Below, piece by piece: positions 24,556-38,100 of a DNA stretch of 64,000 nucleotides. The notes beneath the pieces are model-generated. The model was not told the origin of the DNA. It ran no database searches and saw nothing but the letters and a program-made list of their open reading frames with translations. The DNA is from Camelus dromedarius (Eukaryota): positions 14,756,001 through 14,820,000 of the forward strand of contig NC_087436.1 in assembly GCF_036321535.1 (NCBI RefSeq), read 5' to 3'. The first letter of the stretch is position 1. Every line of letters starts with the position of its first letter. The translations under genes and the position numbers were made by a program.

Positions 24556-26179
24556 GGCTGTGACCTGCTGCTGGCCTACTTCTCCAAAGGCATTTTTCTC
24601 ACAGCTGAGCTTTCTTTTCTTTTTCTTCTGGAAGATGTGAAGGGCTTAGGAGATGAATCCTTCTAGAATCTGCCTGTCTCCGTATCTGTGTTTGTAAGCA
24701 CTACTAGGGTGTGTAGTAAGCAATGGTCTTTATTTCTGAGGCCCTGAGTTGACCTTGGGGAGCCCTTACCCATCGGATGGCCATGCTGGCCTCTCTTGTC
24801 CTCAGGGACACCCTCAATACCCTTTGTCCCCCTGGTGTCTTAGCACCTCTGTGACAAGGGCACCAACGTCTTCCCTCTTACAAGCTCCAACCCAGATTTC
24901 TCCTCCTCCTCCCACATCAGCATCATAACAACTACTCAAACCTGCTGCACCCCAGGCCCCCTTCCAGCAGCCCAGACGTTGGGGCCCTGACCTCCCAGAA
25001 AAATGCAATTTCCGGAGAGCACTCTGGGCTAGGCTGTCCAGGAGTTTTTTTCCCCCAGGATAAAGAACCAAGGCCTCACTTAAGTCATAAAATCACCTCT
25101 GATACTGTGACCTTATTATAACGGCATCCAAATGTGATACTCTCACCAAGCTCAGCAGAAAAGCCCCGAAATGTCTGCAAAACTCAGCTGTGCACCAACA
25201 CGTTTGGGGGTGGAGGGGGACGCATCATTCGGAAAATGGTGACCAAAGTTGTTATTTTCTTCACAGCTCCAAGGAAACAGCTCTAGAGTACAGTTCTTAC
25301 CCCAAACATCGGGGGCCGGTGAAGTATTAGGAGGCTGGGCTGATTCTGACCATATCAGGAGGCTCCAGTGAATGGCCGACCGAGTTGTCCTCTGTAAATC
25401 CAGGAGATCGCCCCTGGGAAGAGGGGGCACTATTCACACTCTTATTTACCTGGACCGTAGCTACCAGCCAGCGAGGTTGCTGGTGGAGAAGTTAGAAGTT
25501 CAAAAATCGCCCATTCAGGGGCCGTCCGTATCCCATCTGGAGGGATCTGGGAGCAGCCAGTGGTCCAGGCTGACAGGAGAACAGCCACCCTGGGGCCCAT
25601 CACGAATGAGTGGGGAGGGGTTACCAAAAATAGGCCATTATTTCTTGAATTTATTGCCTCCTTTACCTGAGGTACAATGTCAATGTCGCTGGGAGAAATA
25701 TCTTTTAATGTCCTGGATCATTAAAACCCAATAATCACTTTGCAATGGCTTAACTGCTTCCTGCAAGGTGATAAAGTAAATAAAACCGTCGTCTCTGCGT
25801 CTGCTGTCACTGTGTGGACGTGGCATCTCTTTTCCTAATAGCTGCGTTCAGTTGCACCCTGGCCAATGCACTGATGCCATGCTGGTGGTGTATAAATTTG
25901 GTAATTAAATCCTGTTATCTTGACATGATGGGCAGAGGAAGAAGCAGTTGTGATGCTTCACAGCAGAAAAGCACAATGGGGAGAGAGAAGGAGATTTGTT
26001 TCATATTTAAAAAAAAAATCATTTTCACGGAGTCTTTTTTTAGTCCAACTAGTCAACAGATGCCTGACTAACAGCGAACTCCTGTGTAGAGAAACAGCTT
26101 AGTGGATCCTGTAAAATTGTTCTTTCCTTTGTGGTCCACCCCAGCCAAGTAGAAAGAGGATGGTTTTGGTAAATCCTAC

Positions 26180-26950
26180 GGACCTGGAGTTTTATCTAAG
26201 CTTGAGGGCTTACAAGCTGTGTGACCTCAGGCAAGTCACTCACCTTCTCTATCTGTCAACCTGCTTTTGGCTGCAAATAAGAAAAATTCCAACCCAGAAT
26301 GACTGAATAATGTTTAATATCCTCTAATAAGAAGTTCTGATTTAAGGTAACTGCAGGGATGTTGGATTCAGTAGCTCATCACTGAAACTGAAGAGCCCAG
26401 ATTCTGTCCAGCGTTTTTCTCTGCCATCCTCCAGGGACTGGCCTGGGCTCCTAGCAGAGCCCTGTGATGGCCAGATGGCCGCCTCATTTCCAGGAATCCC
26501 ACTCATACCCAACAGTGTGCAATGGCAGCAGAGGGCTTATCTTTTTTACCAGCAAGAAAACATTTCCTGGAAGCTCTCCTGGAGATACAGCATCACATCC
26601 TATTGGCCAGAAGTGTGTCTCATGCCACCTCTAAACCAACTGCTGGCAAAGGGAAGGAAAGGACTCATCATGATTGGCTCAGATAAATCAGAGTCTCCTC
26701 CTCCTCCCTGCCAGGCCGGCAATGGGACCTCTGAAGTGCCTGGCCATGCGGGGAAGAACGGGTACCTAAGTAAAGCCAGGGTTCTATCAGAAAGGGAGAT
26801 GAGAGGTGAGCAGCTGTTGGGTCAGCAACTGACGGTATCTGCTACAACCTCTTTGACTCTGTTTCTTCGTCTGTAAAACTGGGATCACAAATACCTACCT
26901 TAATAATCCTGTTGTGAGGATTCAAAGAAATGAATAATATATAAGCCTTT
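26180..26950 (+). mobile_element. MIR SINE split in two by an MLT1 LTR
   Basis: Left half 'gctgtgtgacctcaggcaagtcactcacct' joins right half 'acctctttgactctgtttcttcgtctgtaaaactggga...gttgtgaggattcaaag'. Confidence 0.75.
26248..26846 (-). mobile_element. MaLR (MLT1-type) solo LTR, near full length
   Basis: Starts 'tatctgtcaacctgcttttggctgcaaataagaaaa', internal 'cctattggccagaagtgtgtctcatgccacctctaaacca', ends 'gtatctgctaca'. Confidence 0.75.
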
Positions 26951-28149
26951 CTGTCATAGACAGAGTGTTAGCAGGATACAGAACTGATGTGGGGTTGGCC
27001 AACTTCTCCAGAAGAGGCTTGTTGGTAGGGATGGGTTGGCTTCTCATTCAGTCCCAAGAGGGCCAGGGAATCAGACTTCCACTAACAATGGAACTTTGCT
27101 CATCTTTGACTCCCGTGTTGAGTCAGCGTTATGATCCTTAGGAAGAGTGAGGCAGGGGAAGCCCAGGCCTTCTTGGAGTCACTCCACCTCTTCATCCCCC
27201 GAACCAGACAGGCAGGAACCCCAGGGAGATAAAAGAAGTTCTCTCCTGATCTGTCAGGAAGTTCTCAGATTAGTAACCAGTATGGCGGACCAGAGGTAGG
27301 AAACTTCCTCAGTGCAATCAGCACCTTTGCTCAACATAAGGAAAGGCCCTTCCAGACCTGAGTCACGGGAGAAGGGTATCCACCACGGATGCTCCTTCCC
27401 ATCCAACTCTCTCTCTGATGCCCCATGCCCATGAAGTCTCCTTTTTCAAGTCGCTTGGTCCGTCATCTTCGTCCTCTTCCCTGGGAGGCCCCAGGCTTCC
27501 TCACAGGAGCAAGAAGTTCCACCCCCATCCCTTCCCATGTCTTGCCGACTCACCCTGGGGAGACGATGGATTCCAGCAGCAGCAGTGAGAGTGATGGAGG
27601 GTGTGCTGATGCTAACTCAGTCTGCAGCGGCTGCTTCCCCAGCAGCTCCCCTAAGAGGTAAGCACAGCTCACCTAGGTAAGGTTTGCCTTGTCTTGGAGA
27701 GGACACGATCTTAACTTACATGAAGGAAATAGCATTGTTCCTAATAGAAAAGCTTTGTTCCTGCCCCTTCCATAACATTAGCCCCTGCCATTATGGTACT
27801 GAGAAGCACCTGGCTTTTTCTGGGATCTGCTATTGTGTGACGTCACAAGAGCCTCACACTGTCAATCAAATGGCCCTCTCTGTGGTCCCCAGGATGGATA
27901 TTCTTTTGGACTTTCCTGATGAAACAACAAGAGGGGGTGGTTACCTGTTTGTTCCACTCCATGCATTTTCGCTCTTAGTCTGTGAATGCACTGTTTCCCA
28001 CAGAAGGTAGAAATGGGGTGACCGTGGGCTTGTTCATCATATTATGGGATACCAGGTAGGAGGTAACACTTGCCATTTGTATGTTAGGACAAATAGATGG
28101 AAATGCTATGCAGTCTACCAGAAAATCAACTCGCCACCTCTTGCTTCAA

Positions 28150-28960
28150 GAGGTGGGAAAATTAAAATTATAAATAGCCTTTGAAAAGATTAAATTTGCA
28201 AACAGTGAGATTATTTACCAGGACCACCCAAAGAAATTAACTAAAAAGATATTAGAATTAATAAAATGATTTCGTATAAAGGTCAGGTAAAAGCAGAGGA
28301 TACACAAGTCAATACTATTCAATAATGTTCCTGTATACTTGGAATGTTCTAGCAGAAAAATACACAGAACAAAGTGGCCGGAACTACCTCTCCTCTCTGC
28401 GGGGCTTTTTCAGGCTGTGAATCAGATGGAACTGTAGACATTAAGCTCACAGAAAGGGTTCCTTAGATCCCTTAGACTGGCCAGGCGCCCCACGTCGTGT
28501 GCTTTCTGAGAACCCCGTTCTTATCTTGTCTGTTGAAATTACCAATTATTGCTTGAGCGTCTCTCTTTCTTTCTAGGCTGCAAGCTTCTCCACCAGACCG
28601 AATCCTGAAGGTAGAGTAGAGGGTGACTTGCTTACTGCTAAATTCCTAGTGCCTTGCACAATATTGTTGAAAGAATAAAAACATTAACAAGACAGAACAT
28701 TACTTAGAAACAGCTCTCTTTAGAGAAATGTGTGTGCCCTGTGTGAAGGAAAATGACAAACTTTATAAAAGGTCAAAGAAAACTCGAGGGAGAGTGGCCA
28801 GTCACGTTGCTCTTGGAGGGACAAGCAGGTGTCGTGCAGTTGTCCCTTCTGCCCAGAATGATGTTTAGACTTAATGTAATGTCAGGTAAAGTCCTCACAG
28901 AGTTATTGGGGAATAATTATAAAATGATTCTGGAAGAAAATGACCATAGAAGAAAGTTCT
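28150..28960 (+). mobile_element. Very old L1 ORF2 fragments (28150-28360 and 28680-28960) around an L2-like piece (about 28460-28680)
   Basis: 'tttgcaaacagtgagattatttacc...tattagaattaataaaatgatttcg...gcagaggatacacaagtcaata' resembles the L1 FADDMI...LLELINEFSKVAGYKIN region. The intervening 'aggctgcaagcttctc...cctagtgccttgcaca...ttgttgaaagaataaa' is L2-like. Confidence 0.55.
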
Positions 28961-30784
28961 AGAAAACTAAACGATGAGCTTCCTGTGTATAGCTTCCCAT
29001 ACCTTTCCCCTTTATGGTCAGGTAGTCTTTTATACACAGCACAGCACAGAAACCACCCCCCCCACCCCCGTCTCCTGGGCCCTGTCAAGGGGCAGGTCCT
29101 CCAAGACAGCAGGAGAATCCAAACGGCAAGTCCCAGGGCAACAGAACCTCTCTCTGGTCTTTCATCCCAGAAAGCAGTGGGTGCTCAGGGCAGACAGGGC
29201 AGGGCAGATTCATGAAGGCACCTCCGGAGTTTGGCACTGATGTGGGCATTCACAGTCTGGGACCGGACAGGATGACACTGGAACTCACAAGGTTCTGTAA
29301 AGCAATTATGTCCCCTGCCATGTCCCTCCCCCGAAAAGACTCCTCCCCAAAGGCTGCTCCGGCCGTATCAGTCCCCCATTGTCCTGCCTCTGCTCATTGT
29401 TGGCTTGATCCTTGTCTCCTTACAGAACGAGCTGGAGCAGCACCCCTCGGGAAGAGGGGGACTCTGTGCCTTGCTCCCGGGGTGTCTCCAGGAGGGTCCT
29501 GCTGCCTGCTGCGGCTCTCCTAGGCTTCTTGCGGGAGTGTCTGTAAATAAAGACCACATCACTGTGAAGCAGGACATCCTGTTTCCCTTTGATAGTCTGG
29601 CTCAGCCGACTTAGCTGTGGTTCTCAGCACAAAGACTCAACAAGAACAATGTGAAGCCTTAGGCAATCAAGCATTTAACTATTCCATTCTTGAACCAAAC
29701 TGTCAAGCAATGTTTCATACCATGCTCCCTCACCTCAAACCTCATCAAATCAAATTCGATTTACCTCCTTATAAAAATACACTCACCATGTCACTTTACT
29801 TTGTCTCTGAAATTGAAACCTACATCATAAGTTATAAAATCTAACTCTATCCTCTCAAACATTTAAACCCACTGGAAGAACTCTCGTAATTATTATGAAG
29901 TCCCATCAGACAATTCCAGTGAATTTCCCACCGGGCACGGGATCACAAATATTCCCACTGGCTGCAATTTTAGTAATATTTGTGCACTAGGCCAGGAAAA
30001 TGATTTCATTTTCCCATTTTTGCTTCTAAATGACTTTAGCTCGGAATGGATGATTACAACAGGAGACTGAAGTTGGGAGTTGCAGGGAGCAAGAAATCAG
30101 GTCGGGGATCGAAGATCTAAGAGGCAGAAGAGGGGAGTCTAGTGGGTTCTGAGGCACAGGGCCCCAAGGAGGCTGCTGGGGTGGGGAACTGAGGAGGAAA
30201 ATGCCAGGAGAAACAGGCAGGGTGCGTCTGGGAAGCGGTCAGGAGCGTTGCCTGAATCTGGTGTTACTGTACGGCTCCTCCTCCAGGCACCAGTCACAGG
30301 TGGGCTTGGGTGCACCTGGGAAGGAATAAACAAGACCCCAGGGTTCAGTTCCATGGAGCCTTGTCTCCCTCCATCTTCCCTCGGGGAGCCGAACCAGGGT
30401 GAGCTCCAGCCATGGACTTAGAAGCACATCTTCTCTCCTTGCTCCTGTGCACTGCGTTCCCCAGAGCTGGCTCTGACATCTATCTTTGAGTTCAGCTTGG
30501 ATAGACTCCACCTTGCAGACCCAGGATCCCATTGTTCATGTCCCACTCTGTCCGGAAGTCCTCACACTGGGCTCTGGGCTGTTTACCTTGGACGTTGGGT
30601 ACCTGAATTGCATCATCGTAGGGGACCGTGGGTTCCTCCCTAAGGAAAGGGGGTTTGCCAGCTGCCCTAGTCGGTTTCCTCCAGCCATTGCTAGCCCCAT
30701 GCCTGACCTCAACTTGCTTTCTTTTCCCCAACTGAAGTTCTCAGAACACTGCGTGGTGGGGGCCGTGCATAAATCAATGACCAG

Positions 30785-31005
30785 CAGTGGTAAGAACGGG
30801 ACTAGGAGCCCTAGAATGCTGGGTTTAAATCCCAGCTCTGCCATCTACTCTCCGGGTGACTTTGAGCGAGGCATGTAGCCTCTCTGAGCTTGAGCTCTCC
30901 CATCCACAAAGATGGAACTTGTCATTCGTACCTCCTGGGGCTGACGTGTGAGGAATAAAGGAGATGCTGTACATGAATGCAGCTAGCATTCGATCAATAA
31001 ATCTT
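30785..31005 (+). mobile_element. MIR SINE
   Basis: 'ctgggtttaaatcccagctctgccatctact...gtgactttgagc...gtgaggaataaaggagat'. Confidence 0.8.
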
Positions 31006-33294
31006 TAATCACATTCAGGAATCTTGTAGGACAGAGCACAATTTATCATCCCCTCCAGAAAAGTCATCCTAGTTTAACCCTGTGGCCAGTGACAGTATCT
31101 CTTTTCCCCATTCTCTATGAGTAGGTGAGAAATTTATTGAAACCCACAAAGTCAATGTCAAAGATTCCTAGTTTAGGACCACATATTCCATGGGAGCCCA
31201 GCCATGCTGCCCGTGTGAGAGCTCCCTCCAATACCGCTGGGGAACGGGCTACCAGACTTAGCGGATTCTGCGTTCACACTTGTGCACACACACAGTCACA
31301 CTGCCAGCAGCCTCAACCTGCAGCCAGAAAACAGCTGCATAAAGAGGATCTACCCCCACCCCCAGATTGCAATTATAGGCCAGTATCTACCTGCTAATGA
31401 AAGGACTAAGCTATTTTCTTAAAAGGATATATTTAGACCTGACAGCAAGTCCCAGTATTTGCCGAGAGAAGGGGCTTGGGTCTGACACCATCGCTTTCCC
31501 ACCTGTGAAGGGCTCATCCTCCTCGATGCCTTCAGGTTCCACGCTCGGCAGAGTTATGGTTTTGACAGGTGAGGCGAGGCCGCCTCCAGAAAGCCTTGTT
31601 AATTTTGGAGGTGAACTAGCAGGACTGACACTTGTGGTGATTCCCCACAATAAGGCTGTTGAAACGGTGTGTTCATGGAAGGGTGATGGAAATGGTTCTG
31701 ATGTCTTCTGTACACAGTGATGATGGATCACATTTAATAAGCATTTTATGCCTGTCTCTCTGGGCTCGTTTCATGGCTTATTCTTCTCTTGATATCAGGA
31801 CACAGCTCCTATTAATCTCAGGGAGAAAAGATGGGGGAGATCTAGGGGAAACTCAGCCTCCAAAGCGAGGTTTTCACTTTGGCTTGAGATTTCCATGGAT
31901 CCAGTGGTTGGTCAGAGTGTTTGCTAGCAATAAAGAGGACCAGGTGGGTGTTTGGAATGGAATCCATTCCACATGCCCCTGACTCTTAATCCCACCACAA
32001 GCAACACAGAATATTCGAAGGTGGGCTTCATAAGAGGGGGTTGGGGAAGCAGAAGTAGCGTAGCTGACAGCCCACACCAAGCTGTTTTACTAGAGGGCAC
32101 ACCTAACTGGACATTTCTTGCAATGTGTGATTTTTCTCTTTTTTTTTCTGGCAGGTGGAAAGATTTTCTACTTGATTTTATCCCTCCTGGCACTGACGGT
32201 TGGGTTGGATTAAGGACCACATTCAGACTTGAGTTCTTTCTCAGTTACTTGGCTTGATTTCTCATGAGTCATGACTTGCCAGGAAGCTCAAAGACACTGG
32301 GCCAAGCATATGTCCTGTTGGGTCTGCCCTCATTTTCTCATTAGTTTACCTTTTGGAGGTCGTGTTGTAGCTTCACCCCCCACTGGTAGCACCCCCGCAC
32401 TGTGAGAAAACGCCGTGTGGGGTGCAGGCAGTGAATAAATAAGGGCAGAGCCCCCTGTTTGCAAAGTCATCATTCTCCAAACCTTCCTTGCAGAACCCCA
32501 GGACCCAGCCTTCCGAAGGACTGCAAATCTTCTCTCTTTCTCCCTCAGGAACTGAGGCAACTTTGCTGTGAGAAACATACCCTGAGACACGACCGGATTT
32601 GGATTTCATCAGAAATGGGTGCCCTGAAGTCATTGCATTACTTTTTAGGACATATGACTCCAATACGTGTGTATATCAGTATGTGTCTTCATTTCCCTCT
32701 GCTGAAGGCGTTCATAGACAATCCTCTTTTCTTTTTTCCCCTCTGGCTACAAGCAGTAGAAGTGAGGAGCCCTTGCTTTTTAAAAAACCTTTAAAGCCCT
32801 GCCACTGTCTCTGGAAAGCGCTAATTCCTGCGTGTCCTGATGAGCCTCACCTCTGTGTGGATCACTCCGCGCTTTGGTGCTTTGGGCTATAATCAGTCTT
32901 ACTTTTCTCCTTTCATCTCTTTCCTGCCTGTGACACACGGTGTTCCCTGCCAGTTTCCGCTTCCTCTATCATCCATCTATCTGTCTACCAGTCTGTCTAT
33001 ATATATCTACCTGTATGTTTCTATCTATATCTCCATCTCCACCCTCAGAGTTGACAAATGCCAGCGAGACCCAGAAAGAAAGAGCCCCTCCCAGTTTAAC
33101 GCACAGTAACCAAGCCTCAGGGTGGACCTGACCTGACCAGCCTTGGACCCTCTGCCACGTCTCCTCAGGAGACGATTATTATCTTTTCTGGTCCTCAGAG
33201 GAGAGATCAGGGAGAGAAGGTGATGCCCGTTTCTGGAGAACTTCTTCAGAGATGGTGGGTCTCTTCTTTTGAAAAGCTGAAGTCTTCTGAAGTT

Positions 33295-33400
33295 CATTGC
33301 TTACTGAGCACTGTGTAGGTGCTGAACACTGTGGCTAGGTCAGAGGTTCACAGATGAACAGGTCATAGCCTCTGACCTCCAGGACTGGCCAGTAAGCCTA
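33295..33400 (-). mobile_element. L2 fragment
   Basis: 'ttactgagcactgtgtaggtgctgaacactgtggctagg...cagatgaacaggtcatagcctctgacctccagga'. Confidence 0.55.
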
Positions 33401-33589
33401 GAGGATGGGGAGTCAAGCTGAAGTAATGGCGAAGTACTGAACTGTTCCCAGCTGTTGCAAATTGATCTCGAGAGAAAACTCAGTGGAAAGAGGACCCCCA
33501 GCCTGCATCATCCAACTCGGAGAACAGAAGAAGGTCAGGTAGGGAGAGAGGAGGAAAAGCTGGCAAAATGGGGATGGAAAATAGAGAGC

Positions 33590-33700
33590 GAGAGCTCAGG
33601 GAACTTGCCTCTCTGGTTCATTGTTGTATTCCTAGGACTGAGAACAATGCCTGGAACATGTCAAATATTCAAAAAATTATTTATTGAATAAAAGGATGGA
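33590..33700 (+). mobile_element. L2 3' end
   Basis: 'gttcattgttgtattcctaggactgagaacaatgcctggaacat...tattcaaaaaattatttattgaataaa'. Confidence 0.7.
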
Positions 33701-34309
33701 TCTCAGCGGCTCAATTCCCTTTCCTTTTTGGCTGGGCCATTTGCTGAAAGGAATCACCCCTCCTCCCCAAGAGAGGACAAGGCCATTGGGCAGGTATATC
33801 TTGGGAATTTGCACCATCTGTTTGGGGCCCCATGGAGAGGGTGCACCAGATGGACCCCAGGTCTATTTTGGTCTTTACTTTGCATGTTTCTTGTTTTTTT
33901 GCATCCCATGCAGATGGGTACTGTCAGGTTATTTATAGCAGGAGTTTGCACACAATAATAGAACAGTTGCTCTAATTCCAATGCCAATGGAATCACTTTG
34001 GCTTTGCATTCTTCAGAGGACCTGTAGCAAGTACAGTGTTCAAGAGCTGTGGGACCAGGACGATTCCCAGACAGCATCAGCTGCCACCCATTTTGACCCC
34101 CTTCCCCAAGACAATGCTCTCTGAAACACGGAACACAGCGATGTTGCCTGCATGCATTTCACAAGTTTTGGAAACTGTCCATGAGAAGATGCAAAACTTC
34201 TGAATAAAATACAGTGCTGGAAAATGTAATTTAAAAGTATATTAAATAATTAATACACAGAGCCAGGAATGCAGAGATGGTTCTCATGTACAAAAAAATT
34301 CACGATTTT

Positions 34310-34695
34310 AGAATCTATAATAGTGAATACTTGAAAACAATCTACATATGAAACAATAGGGGGCTTTTCTAGAAAATGATCACACATTCATATGATATAA
34401 TACTCTATAGTTATCAAAAAATATTTCAAGACAATGATAATAACATGAGAACATGGTTATGATAATGTTAAGTGAAAACCTCCAGTTCATACTGTATACA
34501 CACACACACACACACATGATGTACACTTATAAAATTATACAGGCCTAGGAAAAAAGCCTGAAAGGATATACTGAGAATTTCTCAGTGGGAAGATCATGGG
34601 TGACTTTTATTTTCTCTGCCTGCTTTCCTGTTTTTAGCAAGAATTCTATAGTGAACACTTATTAGTTTTGTATCTAGTAGAAAATATTATTTTGA
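34310..34695 (+). mobile_element. Old L1ME-like 3' fragment with a short (CA)n
   Basis: 'cttgaaaacaatctacatatg...aatgttaagtgaaaa...gatcatgggtgacttttattttctc'. Confidence 0.6.
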
Positions 34696-36879
34696 AGACT
34701 AGTCCCTTTGGTTGCTTCCGGTTGGGGTTTTGTATCTGAAGTTTCTATTAAAGACTAGCTCAGGGCATCTGCCAACAAAGACAACGAAAGGGAACCTAGG
34801 AAGCGTACAGTCATAGTCTTCAAAGTAGGCATTAAAAGCTGCTTTTAATTTAATCTCAGAAGGAAGAGGTAGGAGGTGTTTCCTCTGCAGATACTTACTG
34901 ATGCTGGTTTGTACATTACCCAGGCATCTCGCACTTGCCCTAAAGCCCATCTCTAAAGAACCAGCGGAGGCAGAGCACGCGTTTTCCACAGCCATAAATT
35001 GTGTGTTGCTCGAGGCTGGTCGTCTATCAAGTTTGCCCAGGGACAAAGACCAATCTGCGGAATCTCAGCTTTCAATAAACAGCAGAAAAGCTTTGGCAAG
35101 AGAAGGTTTTCAAGGAGGAGAACTGTGGACTCTGCTTTTGCCTCCATCCTCCTGTTTTCGAATCCTCTGCCTTGGAACTTGGTTCCAGATCAGGCACATT
35201 TGAGCAAACTCATCCCGTGCAAACTCACGTGTAAACCCACCTTGGTTAAAGACACGAGTTTTCTAAAGCCTGGGGGAGGAAGAGTCTGACTCAGCCACTG
35301 TTTTAGCTGGAACAGTCAAACTGTAATAGCCCCACAGCAGGCTGGGATGATCAGCAGCGGTATTTATCTGCATTTACAGCGGTTTGCATTTACAGTGACA
35401 CACTCCGTGTTATCCGCCCAGATACAGCATCTATCAAGTGGGCTGCATCGTGCTCACTGTTTTTAACTATAAAAAGAGGAGCTGTATCTAGTGTAATCTG
35501 TGATAGCACTGTAATTAAGATGCCCTGCATAACGAGGAAATCTAATACATAAAGCACAGCAAGCTTTATGTATCAGAACAAAAAAGCGCAGGGATTTAGG
35601 TCGCCTTAAAACCCAGCTACTGCTAGAAAGCCTCAAAACTTGTCCCGCAGTTGAGAGATGAGTTCCAGCTTTTGACAGCGGAGAAAACAAGATTAGGGCC
35701 AAGCTTTCCAACATGGGATTTGGACAACTGCTGTGGAGAAACAGAGAGCACAATTTACTCGACAAGAACTGGTAATCTAGGGACAACCTGGAAAGATAAA
35801 AAGAAATGGATTGGAGATTGAACCCATCCTGATTCTATTGTAGAATCTGATGATGGCTTTTTAAAAAATAATGATACATCAACAATAAGAACACATATAT
35901 TTTGTTTAGCTCTTTAGAGTCAACCTTACTGCCGTTGCTAACTGTCATTATTGTTCCGTCGCTGCAGTTCTGAGGAAACTCTGGTGGCTGACATTTCCAT
36001 GTGAAATTTGCTTCTGGGAAAACCGTAGATGTTACTGGTTTTGTCTTCTGTCTCCCACACTGTCATTGAAATAGCTCTTGGACAAAAAGAAATACCGATC
36101 CCTTAGCACTATGAGACATCTCACTTTGGAGAGAATGTGGAGAAGATCTTTCCCATTAAAAGAGAGAATGGGAAATACAGTGCATGAGATAGAAAGCCCA
36201 GAGCACAAGCCCAGAGGAAAGCCTGGGGGTGCGCTGTATCACCTTCTAGTCTGAAGACTTGCGGGGTCTCTCGTCCCTCTGAGCAAGAGACCAGTCCCTC
36301 CACTGCCAGTGGAATAGCCGTGGGAAATGGACATCCTGTGATGCCCTGATCACAAGAGAAGCTGAGTTCCGGGCAGCCCTTGGAGATCAGCAACTGGAGA
36401 ACAGACCAGGCTGGCTCAGGATTTCCACTTAGGGGCTGTGAGCTCTGCAGCCTCCATCTGAATATGTCCACATGCCAGATTGAGCATTTACTGAACAAAC
36501 ACATAAATCAATGAACTGCATAATGGGAGAAATGAAGGAAAGCTCCACTAGACCCCGAGGCTACAAAGTTCTCTCCAAGTACCCCTGTCTGCATTCTGTA
36601 AGCTTTAACACGTAGTGTTATTGTTACAGTTCATAATGACTTTCTTACAGTGTCATCACTATTTCATTTTTGACGCACTAATAATCTAGAGGTAAGTTTT
36701 TAGTTTTAAAATGAATGTTTTTAAATGTTTATCTTTTTATTATTCACTTTTAAGCTAATTGCATTTAGTTTTAAAATACAGTCTGTAAACAGAACAGATT
36801 CTTTGAAGTACGTTGAGACTTATATATTGAGCTCTGTTATGAGGTCAGTTTTACACGTGTCTCATTTAATACATGTTCT

Positions 36880-38100
36880 AAAATAAATTTCATTCATGTG
36901 TTTTCTGATTTTTAATCCAGGACTCTCTACATATGTGTTAAATCAAGTTGCTAATTATGTTGCCAAATCTTCTGTACTTTTATTAATTGTTTGGTCTGCT
37001 AGGTGTATCAGTTTCAGAGAGAGGTATGGTAAAGACTCCCACCATGTTTATGGGTTGGTTAATTATTCCTTATAATTCTCTCAAATATGATTTGAATATT
37101 TGATGCTGTATGATTAGTTCATTATTATCTTCCCTAGTGAATCATCATTATGAAGTGGCACTCTAGTATTTAAAAGGCTCAAAGTCTATTTTATCTTTGT
37201 TAATATAACTACATATGATTTCTTTTGGCTAATACCTGTATAATATTCCAAAGTAATTGACTACTTTCAATTCAATCTTTCCATTCCTTTCATTTTAGAT
37301 ATATCTTTTATAGACAGCATACAGCTGAATATTAAAAATATAATCTGACAATCTTTATCTTTAATTAGCAACTTTAGCCCATTTACACTTATTGTGATTG
37401 TTTATATTTAAAAAAATTTTTTTAACCATCCTGGCTATTTGTTTAATTTTTTTGGATATCCTTTTTCTTTATTTTGTTCCTTTTTTGATTGAGAATTTTT
37501 TAATAAAATATTTTTCTATTACTTTTTGGAAATTATGAACTCTCTTTTCATTATTTTCATGGTTACTCTTGAAAGTTTAATTGTACAGCTGACCTTTGAA
37601 TAATGGGTTTGAACTACATCGGTCCACCTACATATGGATATTTTTCAGTAGTAAATACTATATGGTCTGTGGTTGGTCGAATTCACTGATGCAGAGGAAC
37701 CACGGATACAGAAGACTACAAATTATATGCATATTAACCCCTTCAACGTTCAAGGGTCAACTCAACAAAGCCTAAAGTGACACAGTATCTCTTACTCTTT
37801 TTCTTAGATTTTTAGCACATTTAAATCTGATCACCCCCTAACATACATTATTGTTGACTGCTTTTTAAAAAAATCTTTAAACTGTGCACTATTATTGTAG
37901 CTCTATACAGTAACTATTCATTTACATTTATTTGCATGTTTGCCTATTCTTGGCTTATGTATCTTCTTACATCTTAACTCTTCCCTCAGAGATAGTTTTC
38001 TTTCTTCCAAAAGTTTATCTTTTAAAGTTCCTTTTGTGATAGTTTGTTGGCGATAAACTCTGTTTTTATATGTCTGATGGAATTTGATATACCTTGGAAT
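36880..38100 (-). mobile_element. Old L1M internal fragment (antisense), with a Tigger MITE inserted
   Basis: AT-rich antisense L1 segments 'tcagtttcagagagaggtatggtaaagactcccaccatg', 'tagacagcatacagctg', 'aatctgacaatctttatctttaatt...tttagcccatttacacttattgtgatt'. Confidence 0.7.
37586..37763. mobile_element. Tigger2-derived MITE (Tigger2a-like)
   Basis: TIRs 'cagctgacctttgaa' and 'gttcaagggtcaact', 5' TA target site, internal 'gggtttgaact...ggtccacctacatatggatatttt'. Confidence 0.8.

Noticed and set aside
27425..27665. ORF containing 'MDSSSSSESDGG' ending at a splice-donor-like 'AG|GTAAGC'
   Set aside because: No convincing partner exons or recognisable protein. Isolated donor-like sites are common. 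A lncRNA exon cannot be excluded without RNA data.
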